A DNA stretch of 47,580 bases. Origin: a virus. Taxonomy: Duplodnaviria > Caudoviricetes. Positions within the stretch are counted from its first letter, which is position 1. Each line of letters begins with the position of its first letter. Below the pieces are notes generated by a model. That model ran no database searches. It saw nothing but the letters and a program-made list of their open reading frames with translations, and was not told the DNA's origin. Where the stretch lies: positions 1 to 47,580 of the IMG/VR virus record IMGVR_UViG_3300044252_000079. One strand, written 5' to 3'. Shown piece after piece: positions 27,382-36,986 of this stretch. The translations under genes and the position numbers were made by a program.

Positions 27382-27590
27382 GCGGGCTCTGCCGCTTTTA
27401 TGGCTGGCCACCGGACTTCTGGCGTCGCATGGGCTGGCGCGAGCTGCAGCGCTGGCTCGTCGAGCTCAATCGTGCCCGCAAGGCAGAGGCTGGCCAGACC
27501 GTCACCGACCCGGACTCCTGGGACGGCTATGAGACGGATGCCTGGTGGGCTGAACAGCGCCAGAAGCAGAACCAGATGAGGGGCCGGTAG
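27315..27590 (+). CDS. Tail assembly chaperone extension (gpT-like), reached by -1 frameshift
   Basis: -1 frame reads PYETCDEG...FFEVVGGLCRFYGWPPDFWRRM...MRGR* and ends immediately before the tape measure start. Confidence 0.65.
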   Translation, partial: PYETCDEGDEGAIEEISFFEVVGGLCRFYGWPPDFWRRMGWRELQRWLVELNRARKAEAGQTVTDPDSWDGYETDAWWAEQRQKQNQMRGR

Positions 27591-30500
27591 GTGACCGAGG
27601 ACCTCCGTGTAATCGTCGACGCCGACGCGAGCCCGCTGAAACGCGAGCTCGCCGGCGCCGGCGGCTCGATCCGGGGCTTCGGGAGGGAGGTCGCCGGCCA
27701 GACCCGGGGCGCCGCGGCATTCAACGCTGCCCTGAACAAGCAGAAGGAATCACTGCGCGGGGTCGGCACGTTCGCGAGGACGGCCGGCTTCGCGGTCGGC
27801 GGCGCGCTCGTCGTCGGCATCGCCTCGGCAATCAAGACCGGCGCGGAATTCGAGTCGCAGATGGCCCGCGTGCAGGCCGTCACTGGCGCCACCGGCGAGG
27901 AGATGGACCAGCTGCGCGGGATGGCGATCAAACTCGGTGCCGATACGAAGTTCTCCGCCAACGAGGCGGCCGAAGCGATGTACGAGCTGTCTTCGGCCGG
28001 CTTCGATGTGCAGGAGACCCAGAAAGCGCTGCCGGGGACCCTCTCGCTCGCGGCTGCCTCAAGCGTCGACCTGGCGACCGCCGCGGAAATTAGCTCCAAC
28101 GCCCTGCGTGGCTTCGGGCTCCAGTCCGAAGAAAGCACCCACGTCTCCGACGTCCTCGCCCAGTCGGTCAACAGCTCCTCGGTGGAGATGGAAGACCTCC
28201 AGCTCTCCCTGAAGTACATCGGTCCAATTGCCCGAGCCACCGGGATGGATTTCGAGGAAATGATCTCCGCTGTCTCGCTGATGGGCGACGCCGGGATCAA
28301 GGGCGAGCAGGCGGGCACCTCACTCCGAGGTGGTCTCCTTCGTCTGGTCAAGCCGACCAAACAGGTGAAGGAAGGCCTGAAGGAGGTCGGTCTCACGGCC
28401 GAAGAGATGCAGGGCCCGAAAGGCCTGCGGTCGCTCCCTGAAATCGTCGCCGAGTTGCAGGAAGGCATGGAGGGGCTCAGCCGGTCTGAACAGGCTCACG
28501 CGCTGGCCTCCATCTTTGGCACTGAGGCCCTCTCCGGGATGTTGACCGTGGTCGAAGCGGGACCAGCCAAGCTCGCGCGTCTCACGAAGGAGTTCGAACA
28601 CTCCGACGGCGCCAGCGCGAAGGCCGCCAAGACCATGAACGACACCGTCAAAGGGTCGTTCGAACAGCTGAAGGGCTCATTCGAAACCGTCGAGATCGAG
28701 CTGTACGAAAACTTCTCCGAGCCGCTGAAGGCGGCGCTCCTCGATGCGACTGACTTCGTCAATGAACAGGGCAAGCACCTCCAGAAAGCCCTCGATGAAG
28801 CGATGGCCACGCCCGAGTTCAAGCAAGGGGACATCGGGCAGAAGGCAGAAATTCTGGCCGAAGCGGTCGGGCAGGTCTGGAAAGACAGCGGGCTCAAAGA
28901 CGACATCACCGAAGGCCTCGTCGAGGCATTCAACTTCGCCCTACCGCGCATCGCCGAGGCGGCGGGCCACAGCGCCGTCACCGCCGCCGAGACTTTCGCG
29001 ACCGGCTTCCTGAAATCGGACGCTCTCGGCAAGCTCGTCATTGGCGCATGGCTCTTCACCAAGCTCGGCGGCTTCGCGGCGCTCCGCGCCGCCGGGGCCA
29101 AAGCCGGCACCCAGGTAAGCGTCGGGATGACCGAGGCGATCGCGGCACAAGGCGCGATGCCGGCAACGACGGTCATCGCCGACGGCCGCGGCAATCGCTC
29201 GAGGTCCGCTCGTGGACCAGCACCTCGAGTGCAGCGCGGGGCTATCCCGGCCCCGGTCGTAACGCCCGAGGTAGATGTGCCTAGCGGTAAATCGAAAGGC
29301 ATCGAGTGGGGCAAAAGCTTCCTCAAAGGCTTCGGTATCTCGATGGTCGCCGGAGGTGGTATCGCTGGGCTCATCGCTCCAGCTGACGGCGTGAGCGCCC
29401 ATCTGCAGAATGCGGCCAGCGCCGCCACCTTCGGAATCATCCCCGAAGCCGGACCGAGCATGGGCGAACAGCTAGCGGTATCCGTCGCCGAATCCTTCGA
29501 TCAGCACTTCGGCCCCAACTTGGCCAAGGGGCTGCAGCGAAATGGCGTTCGGGACCTGCAGGGTGTGGCCAATGACCTCCGCGGCATGATCCAAATCGGG
29601 ATAGAGGAAGGCAGCTCCGAAGCATCACTCGAGCCCTTGCGCCAGCGCTTGCAGGCGGTGACGCAGACCGTTGACTTGCGGCTCGACATCAAGGAGAACG
29701 AAGAGGACCTGCGCTCTGGGGTGGTCAAGCGCATGGCAGATATCAAGCAGCTCGTCGCCCGCAATAGCGTAGAGATCGGCGAAGCTTGGTCTGCAGGGTC
29801 CGACGAGTGGCGGGTCGCCACGGCACGCAACATGCAGGCGGCCATATCGGCGATTCGCGCCGGCATGCAGAGCGGGGTGATCGAGACCAAGGCGGGTCAA
29901 GACGAGATCGCCCACCTGCTTCGTGAGAAAAAGCTGGTGCAGGGCGAGGACCCCTTCCAGATCGCGGCGGGCTTCGCTGATGGGTGGCGGAAGGCCGGTC
30001 AGGTCAACCGCGGCCAGATCGCCCAGATCAAATCTGACTTGGCCAAGATGCCGAAGGACGCCCGCGAAGCGGCGCAGAACGCGATGGTCGGCATGGCGCG
30101 GACGATGGAGGCCAAGGGGAAGCTCGTAAAAGGCTCCGCCGACCGTTTGAATTCTGCGCTCGCTACCCGTTTCGGGGCCACGAGTCGACAGGTCGAAATG
30201 AGTACCGCCTCGGCGATGGCGAACGTCGCCAAATCGGCCTCTGAAGGTGCGACCGACACCGGCGCCGCTCTCGCAAACATCTTCGACAACCTCTCCAACG
30301 CTCTCGCCGCGGCGGGTTCATCGAAGATTCCCCACTTCTCCCTCACGGTGCTCTCGGCGGCATCGCAGTACCACCACACTCGCGAACAGACCCAGAACGG
30401 CATTGGAGGAACGCCGAAGGCCGAGGGTGGATTTTTCGTCAACAGCAGCGACCGACGGGACCATGTCCATGCGGTCCTCGGCGGCCGCGAGGCCGTGCTC

Positions 30501-33140
30501 ACCGTTCACGATCAGCCGGAAGTCCAGGCCGGGCTTGCAGTGGGCAAGGCCCTCGGCGTCACCCGAAACGGGTCGCTCGGCGAGATGTTCTCCGGACCGC
30601 GCCGCCCGAACTACTTCGCGAAGGGCGGATTTACCGGACCGGCAGCCAAGCTTTCCCATCCTCAGATACACGGTCCCGAGCTGATCGGCGCGCTCAGCCA
30701 AGCTGCGATCGACCAAACGCATGCGGCTGCGGCCAAGTACCTGCAGGAGCACATGAAGGCAGTTTCCGGTGGCGACATCGTCGAGGTCGGCCACTCGCTG
30801 CAGGGTCTCGGCTACGAGGTCAGCGAGCATCCGGCATTCGGTGGCGTTCACCCGGTCCACACCGCCGGGTCTGATCACAACAGTGGCCACGCGATCGACG
30901 TCAACGACGACGCCGCGCCGCGTGGCCACGGATCCAGCGAGATGTCCTCGCTCGACTGGCTGGCGCCACAGCTGCTGAAGCTCCCTCACCGCCAGGTGAT
31001 TTGGCGCAACCACGACCTCGACACCGGGGCGCCGATCCCCGCCCACATGGACCACCTGCACTTCGCGATGGCGATCGGTGGATTCGTCGAGACGCTGCTG
31101 AAGGGGATGGCCGAAGGCGGCTTCGCCGGCGACGGCTACACCGTGAAGGGCATCGCCGCCTCCGCTCAGCAGATGCACACCGCTGGCGAAATCCAGAAGG
31201 CAGGCGACACGACCGGCGCCAACCACCTCGCTCGGGTTGCCTCGATGATGGCCGCCACCCAGGAGAGCAACATGGGGTCGACCGGGAATACGTTCCAGCT
31301 GACCGGCGACTTCGAAGGCGTCTCTCCCTCCGACAACGCCTACACCCAGGCCGTCCAGTGGTTTGGCAAGGGCTACTACGAAGGCGGCGGCATCGGCCTC
31401 AGCCACAAGATGAGCGACCCCGGCGATATCGCTCAGGCCGTCGAGGGATCGGCGTATCCCGACGCCTACGATCCGTGGAAGGCAGAGGGCCAGAAGTGGA
31501 CCGATGGCTGGCGCGGCGATGGTTCAGGCGCTGCCGACGTGCCCGACGAAAAGGTCCCCGGCACCTACAGCGGCGCGCGCACCGGCTCGCTCAGCTTCCC
31601 CTCGACCCCCGACAACCTTAAGGGCGTCGAAAAGGTGATCACTCAGTGGCAGAAAGAAGCGGGGCTCTATCGCCGAGCGATCAAAAAAGCTGCCGACAAA
31701 GGCAAGCCGAAAGTCGAAGGCGCCCTTCGGAAGAACCTCACCGACATCGAAAACTTCCTACGCCAGCTCTACGACGCGCGGCACAAGCTGCGGTTTGAGA
31801 AAGCGAAAAAGCGCTTCAACGCCAAGCTCGGCCGTCAGCTCTCGAGCCTGGTCGGGTTCGAGCAGTCGATCGAAGACCGCCAGAAGGACTACGAGCGCGC
31901 CGACCAGTTCGCGTCTCAGGTCGTGGGAACCGAGCCCCAGGCCCCGATCCTGCCGCCCACCGCCACCGACGAGGAACGCTCGGCAGCCGAAAAGGCATAC
32001 ATCGACCAGTTCAAGAGCTACGTCGAAGGCAACGAGAGGGGCGCCTACGAAAACGTCCTGGCGACCGAGGCCAACTGGCGCAACACGATCATCAGCGCCG
32101 AGCGCAAGGCGACCGGTCTGGAGATGGGCTGGGAACGCGGCGCCCGTTCGGCGCGCGTGGAGATGGGCTCGATCAACCGCTACACCGACGAGACTGGCGA
32201 CGTCATTGAGAAGACCCGGCGCGACATCAACACCTGGCAGTCAAATCACCCGAAAAAAGGACCGGCCGACTACCCCGACTGGCTGAAGCAGGAGATCAAA
32301 AAGCGCGATCTGATGGTCGAAATGCGCGACCGGATGCGCGCCAAGCTGCCGATGCTGCGGGAGCGCAACCGCGGGTTCACCGACACGATCGCCCAGGGCC
32401 GGGAACGCTTCTACGGCGGCGTCCCCTGGCTCGGCGAGGCCAACAACATCCAGCCGCCCGGGCAGCCTGCCTTCCCTGGCACGATGTCGCCCCTGCGGCC
32501 CCCGGACCCGCCGCCGGCGGGCTCAGGGACCTTCGAGGACTCCCTCGTCAGCGTCCAAGGCATCCACTGGCCCGACCAGCACGCCTTCATAGACGCGCTC
32601 CCGAGCATGCCCGAGGCGGGCAAGTTCGGCGGGGCGATCTGGGAGACGCAGACGGCGATCCGCGAACTTGGCCTGAAGATCAGCCAGGCAGAAACGAGCC
32701 TCGACACTGATGAAGCAGGCGACAGCAATTCGGCTTGGACGGCGGCAAAGGAAGCCCTCGCGCTCCAGGACAAACAGAACCTCCAGCTCTCCCAGGGAGA
32801 GACCCGCGTCTTCGGGGACTTCTTCCGTGAGTTGGGTGTCGGCGTGCCTTTCCTCGGCGCCTACATGCAGGGCACCGGAGGGCTGCGCATCGGCCGCAGC
32901 GGCATGGCGATGCTCCACCGCGACGAGCAGGTTGTCCCCGATCCCAAGGGCCCGGCCGGCTCGCAGTTCTCGATCGGCTCCGCGGCGCCCGCAGGACCGC
33001 CTCAGGTGACGCTTGTGCTCCGCGACAAGGCCGGCGCCCTGGTCGAGCTGGTCGATGCGCGGGTCGATGGCAAGATCGCGAAGGTCGACCAGCAGCTGGG
33101 AGCGGCAGGGCGGCGGCGGGCCTTCGCTCCCGGCCGATAG
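27591..33140 (+). CDS. Tape measure protein with embedded peptidoglycan hydrolase-like domains
   Basis: TP901-type FESQMARV...T.FSA.EAA, G.KG..AGT.LR; GSDHNSGHAID...HMDHLH; QES...QAVEGSAYPDAY. Confidence 0.92.
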   Translation: MTEDLRVIVDADASPLKRELAGAGGSIRGFGREVAGQTRGAAAFNAALNKQKESLRGVGTFARTAGFAVGGALVVGIASAIKTGAEFESQMARVQAVTGATGEEMDQLRGMAIKLGADTKFSANEAAEAMYELSSAGFDVQETQKALPGTLSLAAASSVDLATAAEISSNALRGFGLQSEESTHVSDVLAQSVNSSSVEMEDLQLSLKYIGPIARATGMDFEEMISAVSLMGDAGIKGEQAGTSLRGGLLRLVKPTKQVKEGLKEVGLTAEEMQGPKGLRSLPEIVAELQEGMEGLSRSEQAHALASIFGTEALSGMLTVVEAGPAKLARLTKEFEHSDGASAKAAKTMNDTVKGSFEQLKGSFETVEIELYENFSEPLKAALLDATDFVNEQGKHLQKALDEAMATPEFKQGDIGQKAEILAEAVGQVWKDSGLKDDITEGLVEAFNFALPRIAEAAGHSAVTAAETFATGFLKSDALGKLVIGAWLFTKLGGFAALRAAGAKAGTQVSVGMTEAIAAQGAMPATTVIADGRGNRSRSARGPAPRVQRGAIPAPVVTPEVDVPSGKSKGIEWGKSFLKGFGISMVAGGGIAGLIAPADGVSAHLQNAASAATFGIIPEAGPSMGEQLAVSVAESFDQHFGPNLAKGLQRNGVRDLQGVANDLRGMIQIGIEEGSSEASLEPLRQRLQAVTQTVDLRLDIKENEEDLRSGVVKRMADIKQLVARNSVEIGEAWSAGSDEWRVATARNMQAAISAIRAGMQSGVIETKAGQDEIAHLLREKKLVQGEDPFQIAAGFADGWRKAGQVNRGQIAQIKSDLAKMPKDAREAAQNAMVGMARTMEAKGKLVKGSADRLNSALATRFGATSRQVEMSTASAMANVAKSASEGATDTGAALANIFDNLSNALAAAGSSKIPHFSLTVLSAASQYHHTREQTQNGIGGTPKAEGGFFVNSSDRRDHVHAVLGGREAVLTVHDQPEVQAGLAVGKALGVTRNGSLGEMFSGPRRPNYFAKGGFTGPAAKLSHPQIHGPELIGALSQAAIDQTHAAAAKYLQEHMKAVSGGDIVEVGHSLQGLGYEVSEHPAFGGVHPVHTAGSDHNSGHAIDVNDDAAPRGHGSSEMSSLDWLAPQLLKLPHRQVIWRNHDLDTGAPIPAHMDHLHFAMAIGGFVETLLKGMAEGGFAGDGYTVKGIAASAQQMHTAGEIQKAGDTTGANHLARVASMMAATQESNMGSTGNTFQLTGDFEGVSPSDNAYTQAVQWFGKGYYEGGGIGLSHKMSDPGDIAQAVEGSAYPDAYDPWKAEGQKWTDGWRGDGSGAADVPDEKVPGTYSGARTGSLSFPSTPDNLKGVEKVITQWQKEAGLYRRAIKKAADKGKPKVEGALRKNLTDIENFLRQLYDARHKLRFEKAKKRFNAKLGRQLSSLVGFEQSIEDRQKDYERADQFASQVVGTEPQAPILPPTATDEERSAAEKAYIDQFKSYVEGNERGAYENVLATEANWRNTIISAERKATGLEMGWERGARSARVEMGSINRYTDETGDVIEKTRRDINTWQSNHPKKGPADYPDWLKQEIKKRDLMVEMRDRMRAKLPMLRERNRGFTDTIAQGRERFYGGVPWLGEANNIQPPGQPAFPGTMSPLRPPDPPPAGSGTFEDSLVSVQGIHWPDQHAFIDALPSMPEAGKFGGAIWETQTAIRELGLKISQAETSLDTDEAGDSNSAWTAAKEALALQDKQNLQLSQGETRVFGDFFRELGVGVPFLGAYMQGTGGLRIGRSGMAMLHRDEQVVPDPKGPAGSQFSIGSAAPAGPPQVTLVLRDKAGALVELVDARVDGKIAKVDQQLGAAGRRRAFAPGR

Positions 33141-33148
33141 TCGGCGCG

Positions 33149-34570
33149 ATGGCCCAAGTTCTGAAAATCGGGGACCGGGACTTCTCGACGTTCATCCAGA
33201 ACGCCCACGACGCCGGTCTCGACCCCGCCAACTCCGAGTACAGCGAGCCGCAGTTCAGCGGCGCCCCCGCCTTCACTGAGGGACAAGCCTTTGTCGGTGA
33301 CGCCGTCGGGAACCGACTTCAGAGCTATCCCCTGATCCTGAAGGCGGCAAACACCGATGCGCTCTACCAGCTAGTGCGGGACATCAATAGCGAGCTGAAG
33401 AAGGGTGAGCAGGTCGAGTACCGATCTGGTGGCGCATCGCAGTCCACTTTCTTCGACCTTGAGCGCGGGCGCCTGGAGATCACCTTTGAGTTCTGGCTCG
33501 ATCAATCTGCGCGCGCTCGGTGCATGCTGCACCTGTGGACGCGGCCCTTTGGGCATACCGGCACTACGCGATCCATCGCTTCCGCCATCGGGACCGGCCC
33601 TCTGGTCGTGTCGGCAACGGGCATCCTGGGGGACCAAGCCGCCCAGGCGGTGATCAACATTAGGCTGGCGTCTTACGGAACTGAATCCGGATTCCTGCGG
33701 CCGGTCGTTGGGTATGGCGTCAAATACCCGGTGGCGAGCGGGTGGGACCCAATATTCAAGCCCGCGCAGATGGCTTCACCCGTCTCGATGCCAGCAGCCA
33801 CGGTTGTCGGCGCCTCCGGAAGGACCGCCTCTCAGTACAAAGCCTGGAAAGTAACTCCCACGGGACTCAACCCGAGCATTTTCGTTGACGGGGAGCCCCT
33901 GGCCTACCTGCCGCTTCGCCTTCAGGATGCCGGGCGATATCGAATGCTTGGCGCTCTTCGGCATTCGGTTCGCAGACTATCCGCCAGCGGCGGCTTGCAC
34001 TGGATCTGTGGTGGTTCGGGAGCTGGCGGAACGGGGATGGTTTCTCTGGCGTCGGTCGTGACCGGGCGCTGGCAGATCTTGGACTTCGGAGAGATCTCGG
34101 TAGCGAGCTTTGGTGCGACGAGAGCCATATCGGTCTTTAATGACCCCGGGGGCATCGGCGTTTCGATCTTCTACGTAGGAGCGAGCGGCGCTACTGCGGT
34201 CGCGACCTACCCGATACAGCTCGAGAGCATCTGGACCGTGCCGGTCGACCAATCGGTGGGGCTTTTGACTGAGGACATCGTGCACTCGGATGTCTGGCGC
34301 TGGGAGGTGGACGGACTCCGAAAGCAGGTGACGAGGTATGCGGCGGTAGGGAGCTTCGTAGCCACGGGAGCGCCTATTCGGGACCTCACCGCGCAGTATC
34401 GAGGGAACCCTCCTACCTTGCCGCCGCTTGGATCGCCCGCTGCGAGTGGGGCGGCCGCCGTCTTCATCTTCGGAGGTGATCGGGCGGGAGACGAAGAAGA
34501 CGACTTTGTCGGGAACCGGCAAATCAGCGTCGACATTGCCGTTCGTGAGCGCTTCGCCTATCTGCGCTGA
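33149..34570 (+). CDS. Distal tail/minor tail protein
   Basis: Follows the tape measure gene; motif-defined start. Confidence 0.65.
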   Translation: MAQVLKIGDRDFSTFIQNAHDAGLDPANSEYSEPQFSGAPAFTEGQAFVGDAVGNRLQSYPLILKAANTDALYQLVRDINSELKKGEQVEYRSGGASQSTFFDLERGRLEITFEFWLDQSARARCMLHLWTRPFGHTGTTRSIASAIGTGPLVVSATGILGDQAAQAVINIRLASYGTESGFLRPVVGYGVKYPVASGWDPIFKPAQMASPVSMPAATVVGASGRTASQYKAWKVTPTGLNPSIFVDGEPLAYLPLRLQDAGRYRMLGALRHSVRRLSASGGLHWICGGSGAGGTGMVSLASVVTGRWQILDFGEISVASFGATRAISVFNDPGGIGVSIFYVGASGATAVATYPIQLESIWTVPVDQSVGLLTEDIVHSDVWRWEVDGLRKQVTRYAAVGSFVATGAPIRDLTAQYRGNPPTLPPLGSPAASGAAAVFIFGGDRAGDEEDDFVGNRQISVDIAVRERFAYLR

Positions 34571-34591
34571 TCCAGCCGGATAGTCGCCAAC

Positions 34592-36211
34592 ATGGCGATC
34601 CGCGTCACCTCCGGCTCCTACGACGTCACCGGCGACATCGAGGGCCTCAACTGGTCCTCGGTCAATCCTGGTGGCGACGAGACCTGCACTTTCACGCTGA
34701 AGCGCAGCTGGTTCACCAGCAGCCCTGAGATCGAGCGGGGCAATCTCCTACGCGTGATGGACGGGATCGACGTGCTCTGGCAGGGCCGCGTTGAGGAGAC
34801 GAACCGCGGCGGCGAGAGCACCGGGGAGATCGGGGTGACGGCATATGGACTCGGCGCGCGTTTGAAGGACACGACGATGCGGGAGATCTACATCGACCAG
34901 GACTTTTCGCGCTGGGGATCGATCCCGAATCCACGGGTTGTCGCCCTTGGCACCAGCTACGTCACCGACATGGGCAGTTCGGAGATCCGACCTGGCCAGT
35001 CAGGGAGCCCGTCTTTGGCGCTGACCTTCACTCGCCTTGCGAACGGCGGCCCTCCTTACGGGGTGATCGAGACTTGGTACGACGCCGCAGGCATTCCCAT
35101 CGGCGCGATCGATTACAACCGCTCCTGTTACGACCGTAGCTCTGGCGGCTACGGAAATTTTCTCGGAGGATCTTGGTTTGCCGCGCTGCAGCTCAGGGAC
35201 GCAGAGGTTGGCGGCGCCAGTAACGAAGCCGTGATCGGCGGTGCCCAAGGGGCGGGAACGCTTGCTGCGTCCGGGGTGGCGCGAGTCTTCGCCTATGTGC
35301 AACTTCTCTTCTTGGGGGCGTTCACCGGCGATGGCGAGTGGCGACTCGAGATGCGCACACTCGCAGTCCAAGGACGCCATGGCTTGGTCAAGCAGGGGTC
35401 CGAACCAAGTGGCTTCCTCAACTCCCAGATCATCGTCGACGCTGTCGAACGGGCCACTGGCATTACCGTCCGCCGGGTCGATGAAACGACCTTTGTCTGC
35501 GAACAGGCCGCCTTCTTTGAGCGAACCAAGATCGAGGACGTGGTCGCCGAGCAGAACAAGTACGAGCGCCACCACCGCACTTGGGGGACGTGGGGGCCGG
35601 ACTCCCCACTTGACACCTCCAACGACGGCTACTTCGACTACCGGTCGATCGACGATGCGCCGAGCTGGATTGCCTTCCGGGCCGAGTGCGACAGCTGCAA
35701 CCTGCACTCTGAGACGGCGACGCTATTCGACACCGTCCATGTTTTGTACACCGATAAGTCCGGCGTGCAGCGGGAAGTCACCCGCACCGCCGATGTCCCT
35801 GACCTCAACGGCATCCCTCGCGAAGAAACCGTCGACGGCGGCACGCTGACGGAAGCCGGCGCCGAAACGTTCGCAGACGCCCTGCTGGCGCTCAGCGGCG
35901 GTTTCGCGCCGGCTCGAGGCAGCGCCGTCCTCTCCCAGCCGATCCGCCATGTGACGCGAGGTAAGCTCGCCCCCCACTACATGCGCGCTGACGGCTCAGC
36001 GTTTCGCATCCCCGACGTGCTGCCCTCTCCCTCTCTCTTCGCGCTCGACTCCACGCCGGACCGGCGGACGACCTTTCCGATCAAGCGCGTCTCGGTCGAT
36101 GCCGCCAGCAAAGCGGTGCCGGTCGTCACCGTGGAGGTCGACCAGGTGAACGACGCCATCACCGCCCTGCAGGCGCGCCTTGCCCAGAACGGGGACTTGC
36201 GCGGCGGATAG
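34592..36211 (+). CDS. Tail hub/tail tip protein
   Basis: WSSVNPGG...F, LWQGRV; synteny. Confidence 0.65.
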   Translation: MAIRVTSGSYDVTGDIEGLNWSSVNPGGDETCTFTLKRSWFTSSPEIERGNLLRVMDGIDVLWQGRVEETNRGGESTGEIGVTAYGLGARLKDTTMREIYIDQDFSRWGSIPNPRVVALGTSYVTDMGSSEIRPGQSGSPSLALTFTRLANGGPPYGVIETWYDAAGIPIGAIDYNRSCYDRSSGGYGNFLGGSWFAALQLRDAEVGGASNEAVIGGAQGAGTLAASGVARVFAYVQLLFLGAFTGDGEWRLEMRTLAVQGRHGLVKQGSEPSGFLNSQIIVDAVERATGITVRRVDETTFVCEQAAFFERTKIEDVVAEQNKYERHHRTWGTWGPDSPLDTSNDGYFDYRSIDDAPSWIAFRAECDSCNLHSETATLFDTVHVLYTDKSGVQREVTRTADVPDLNGIPREETVDGGTLTEAGAETFADALLALSGGFAPARGSAVLSQPIRHVTRGKLAPHYMRADGSAFRIPDVLPSPSLFALDSTPDRRTTFPIKRVSVDAASKAVPVVTVEVDQVNDAITALQARLAQNGDLRGG

Positions 36212-36256
36212 TCCGGGTATGACCGCCCACGCCGAGGATGGAGAGGGAGCAGGTGC

Positions 36257-36466
36257 TTGTCACGCGCACGCGAGATCGTCTCTCTAGCCCTCGACACGGT
36301 CTTCAAGATCGGCGGCTTCGTCGTCTTCATCGTGCAGGGGTTGAGCGGGCGCGCCGGCGAGCGGCCGGTGACGCTCATCGTTGCGGCGGTCTTGATGGGC
36401 GTCGGCGAGTTCGTGCTGCCCTACGGACTGATCGACGTATTGGGGAAGGGGCGGCGTCGTGAATAG
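36257..36466 (+). CDS. Small two-TM membrane protein (lysis region)
   Basis: Two hydrophobic segments; RBS before TTG. Confidence 0.55.
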   Translation: MSRAREIVSLALDTVFKIGGFVVFIVQGLSGRAGERPVTLIVAAVLMGVGEFVLPYGLIDVLGKGRRRE

Positions 36467-36965
36467 GGACGCCCGCCAGAGGATCGCGTTCGGCTTCGTT
36501 GTCGTGGTGTCGATCTACGCGGCCGTGACCAGTCACCAGACGCAGACCGACATCAATCGGATAGAGCCGCAGGTGACGCGGGTTGTGCGCGCCACGGCCG
36601 CCTGCAAGGCGTCGATCCTCGACGACGCGGAACATCTCGCGGTCTGCGCCCGGCGGATCGAGGTTGGGCTTGGCGCCTGCGCCCACAGTGAGGACTGCCG
36701 AGCGGCGTTTCTCGCGCTGATGCGATCGGCGACCCGGAAGGGGGTGGTGCCTGGCGGATCTCAGAATCCATCTGGTTTAGCCCCGGGTCAGGGGAGTCCC
36801 TCTGGCCCGGAGACGCAGCCAAGCCCTAGCGCACCGAGCACCGAATCCACGCCTCCGCAAGGGCTCGACTCCGTTGTCGACGGGGTAGAAGAAGTCACTG
36901 GCGATGTCGAACACGTGGTGGAAGAAGTCTGCACCTACACCCGGGAGCTGCTGCACCTCTGCTGA
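36459..36965 (+). CDS. Membrane-anchored protein (lysis region)
   Basis: N-terminal TM helix, Cys pairs, Pro/Ser-rich tail. Confidence 0.55.
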   Translation: MNRDARQRIAFGFVVVVSIYAAVTSHQTQTDINRIEPQVTRVVRATAACKASILDDAEHLAVCARRIEVGLGACAHSEDCRAAFLALMRSATRKGVVPGGSQNPSGLAPGQGSPSGPETQPSPSAPSTESTPPQGLDSVVDGVEEVTGDVEHVVEEVCTYTRELLHLC

Positions 36966-36986
36966 GTCGTCAGATAGTCGGCGGCG

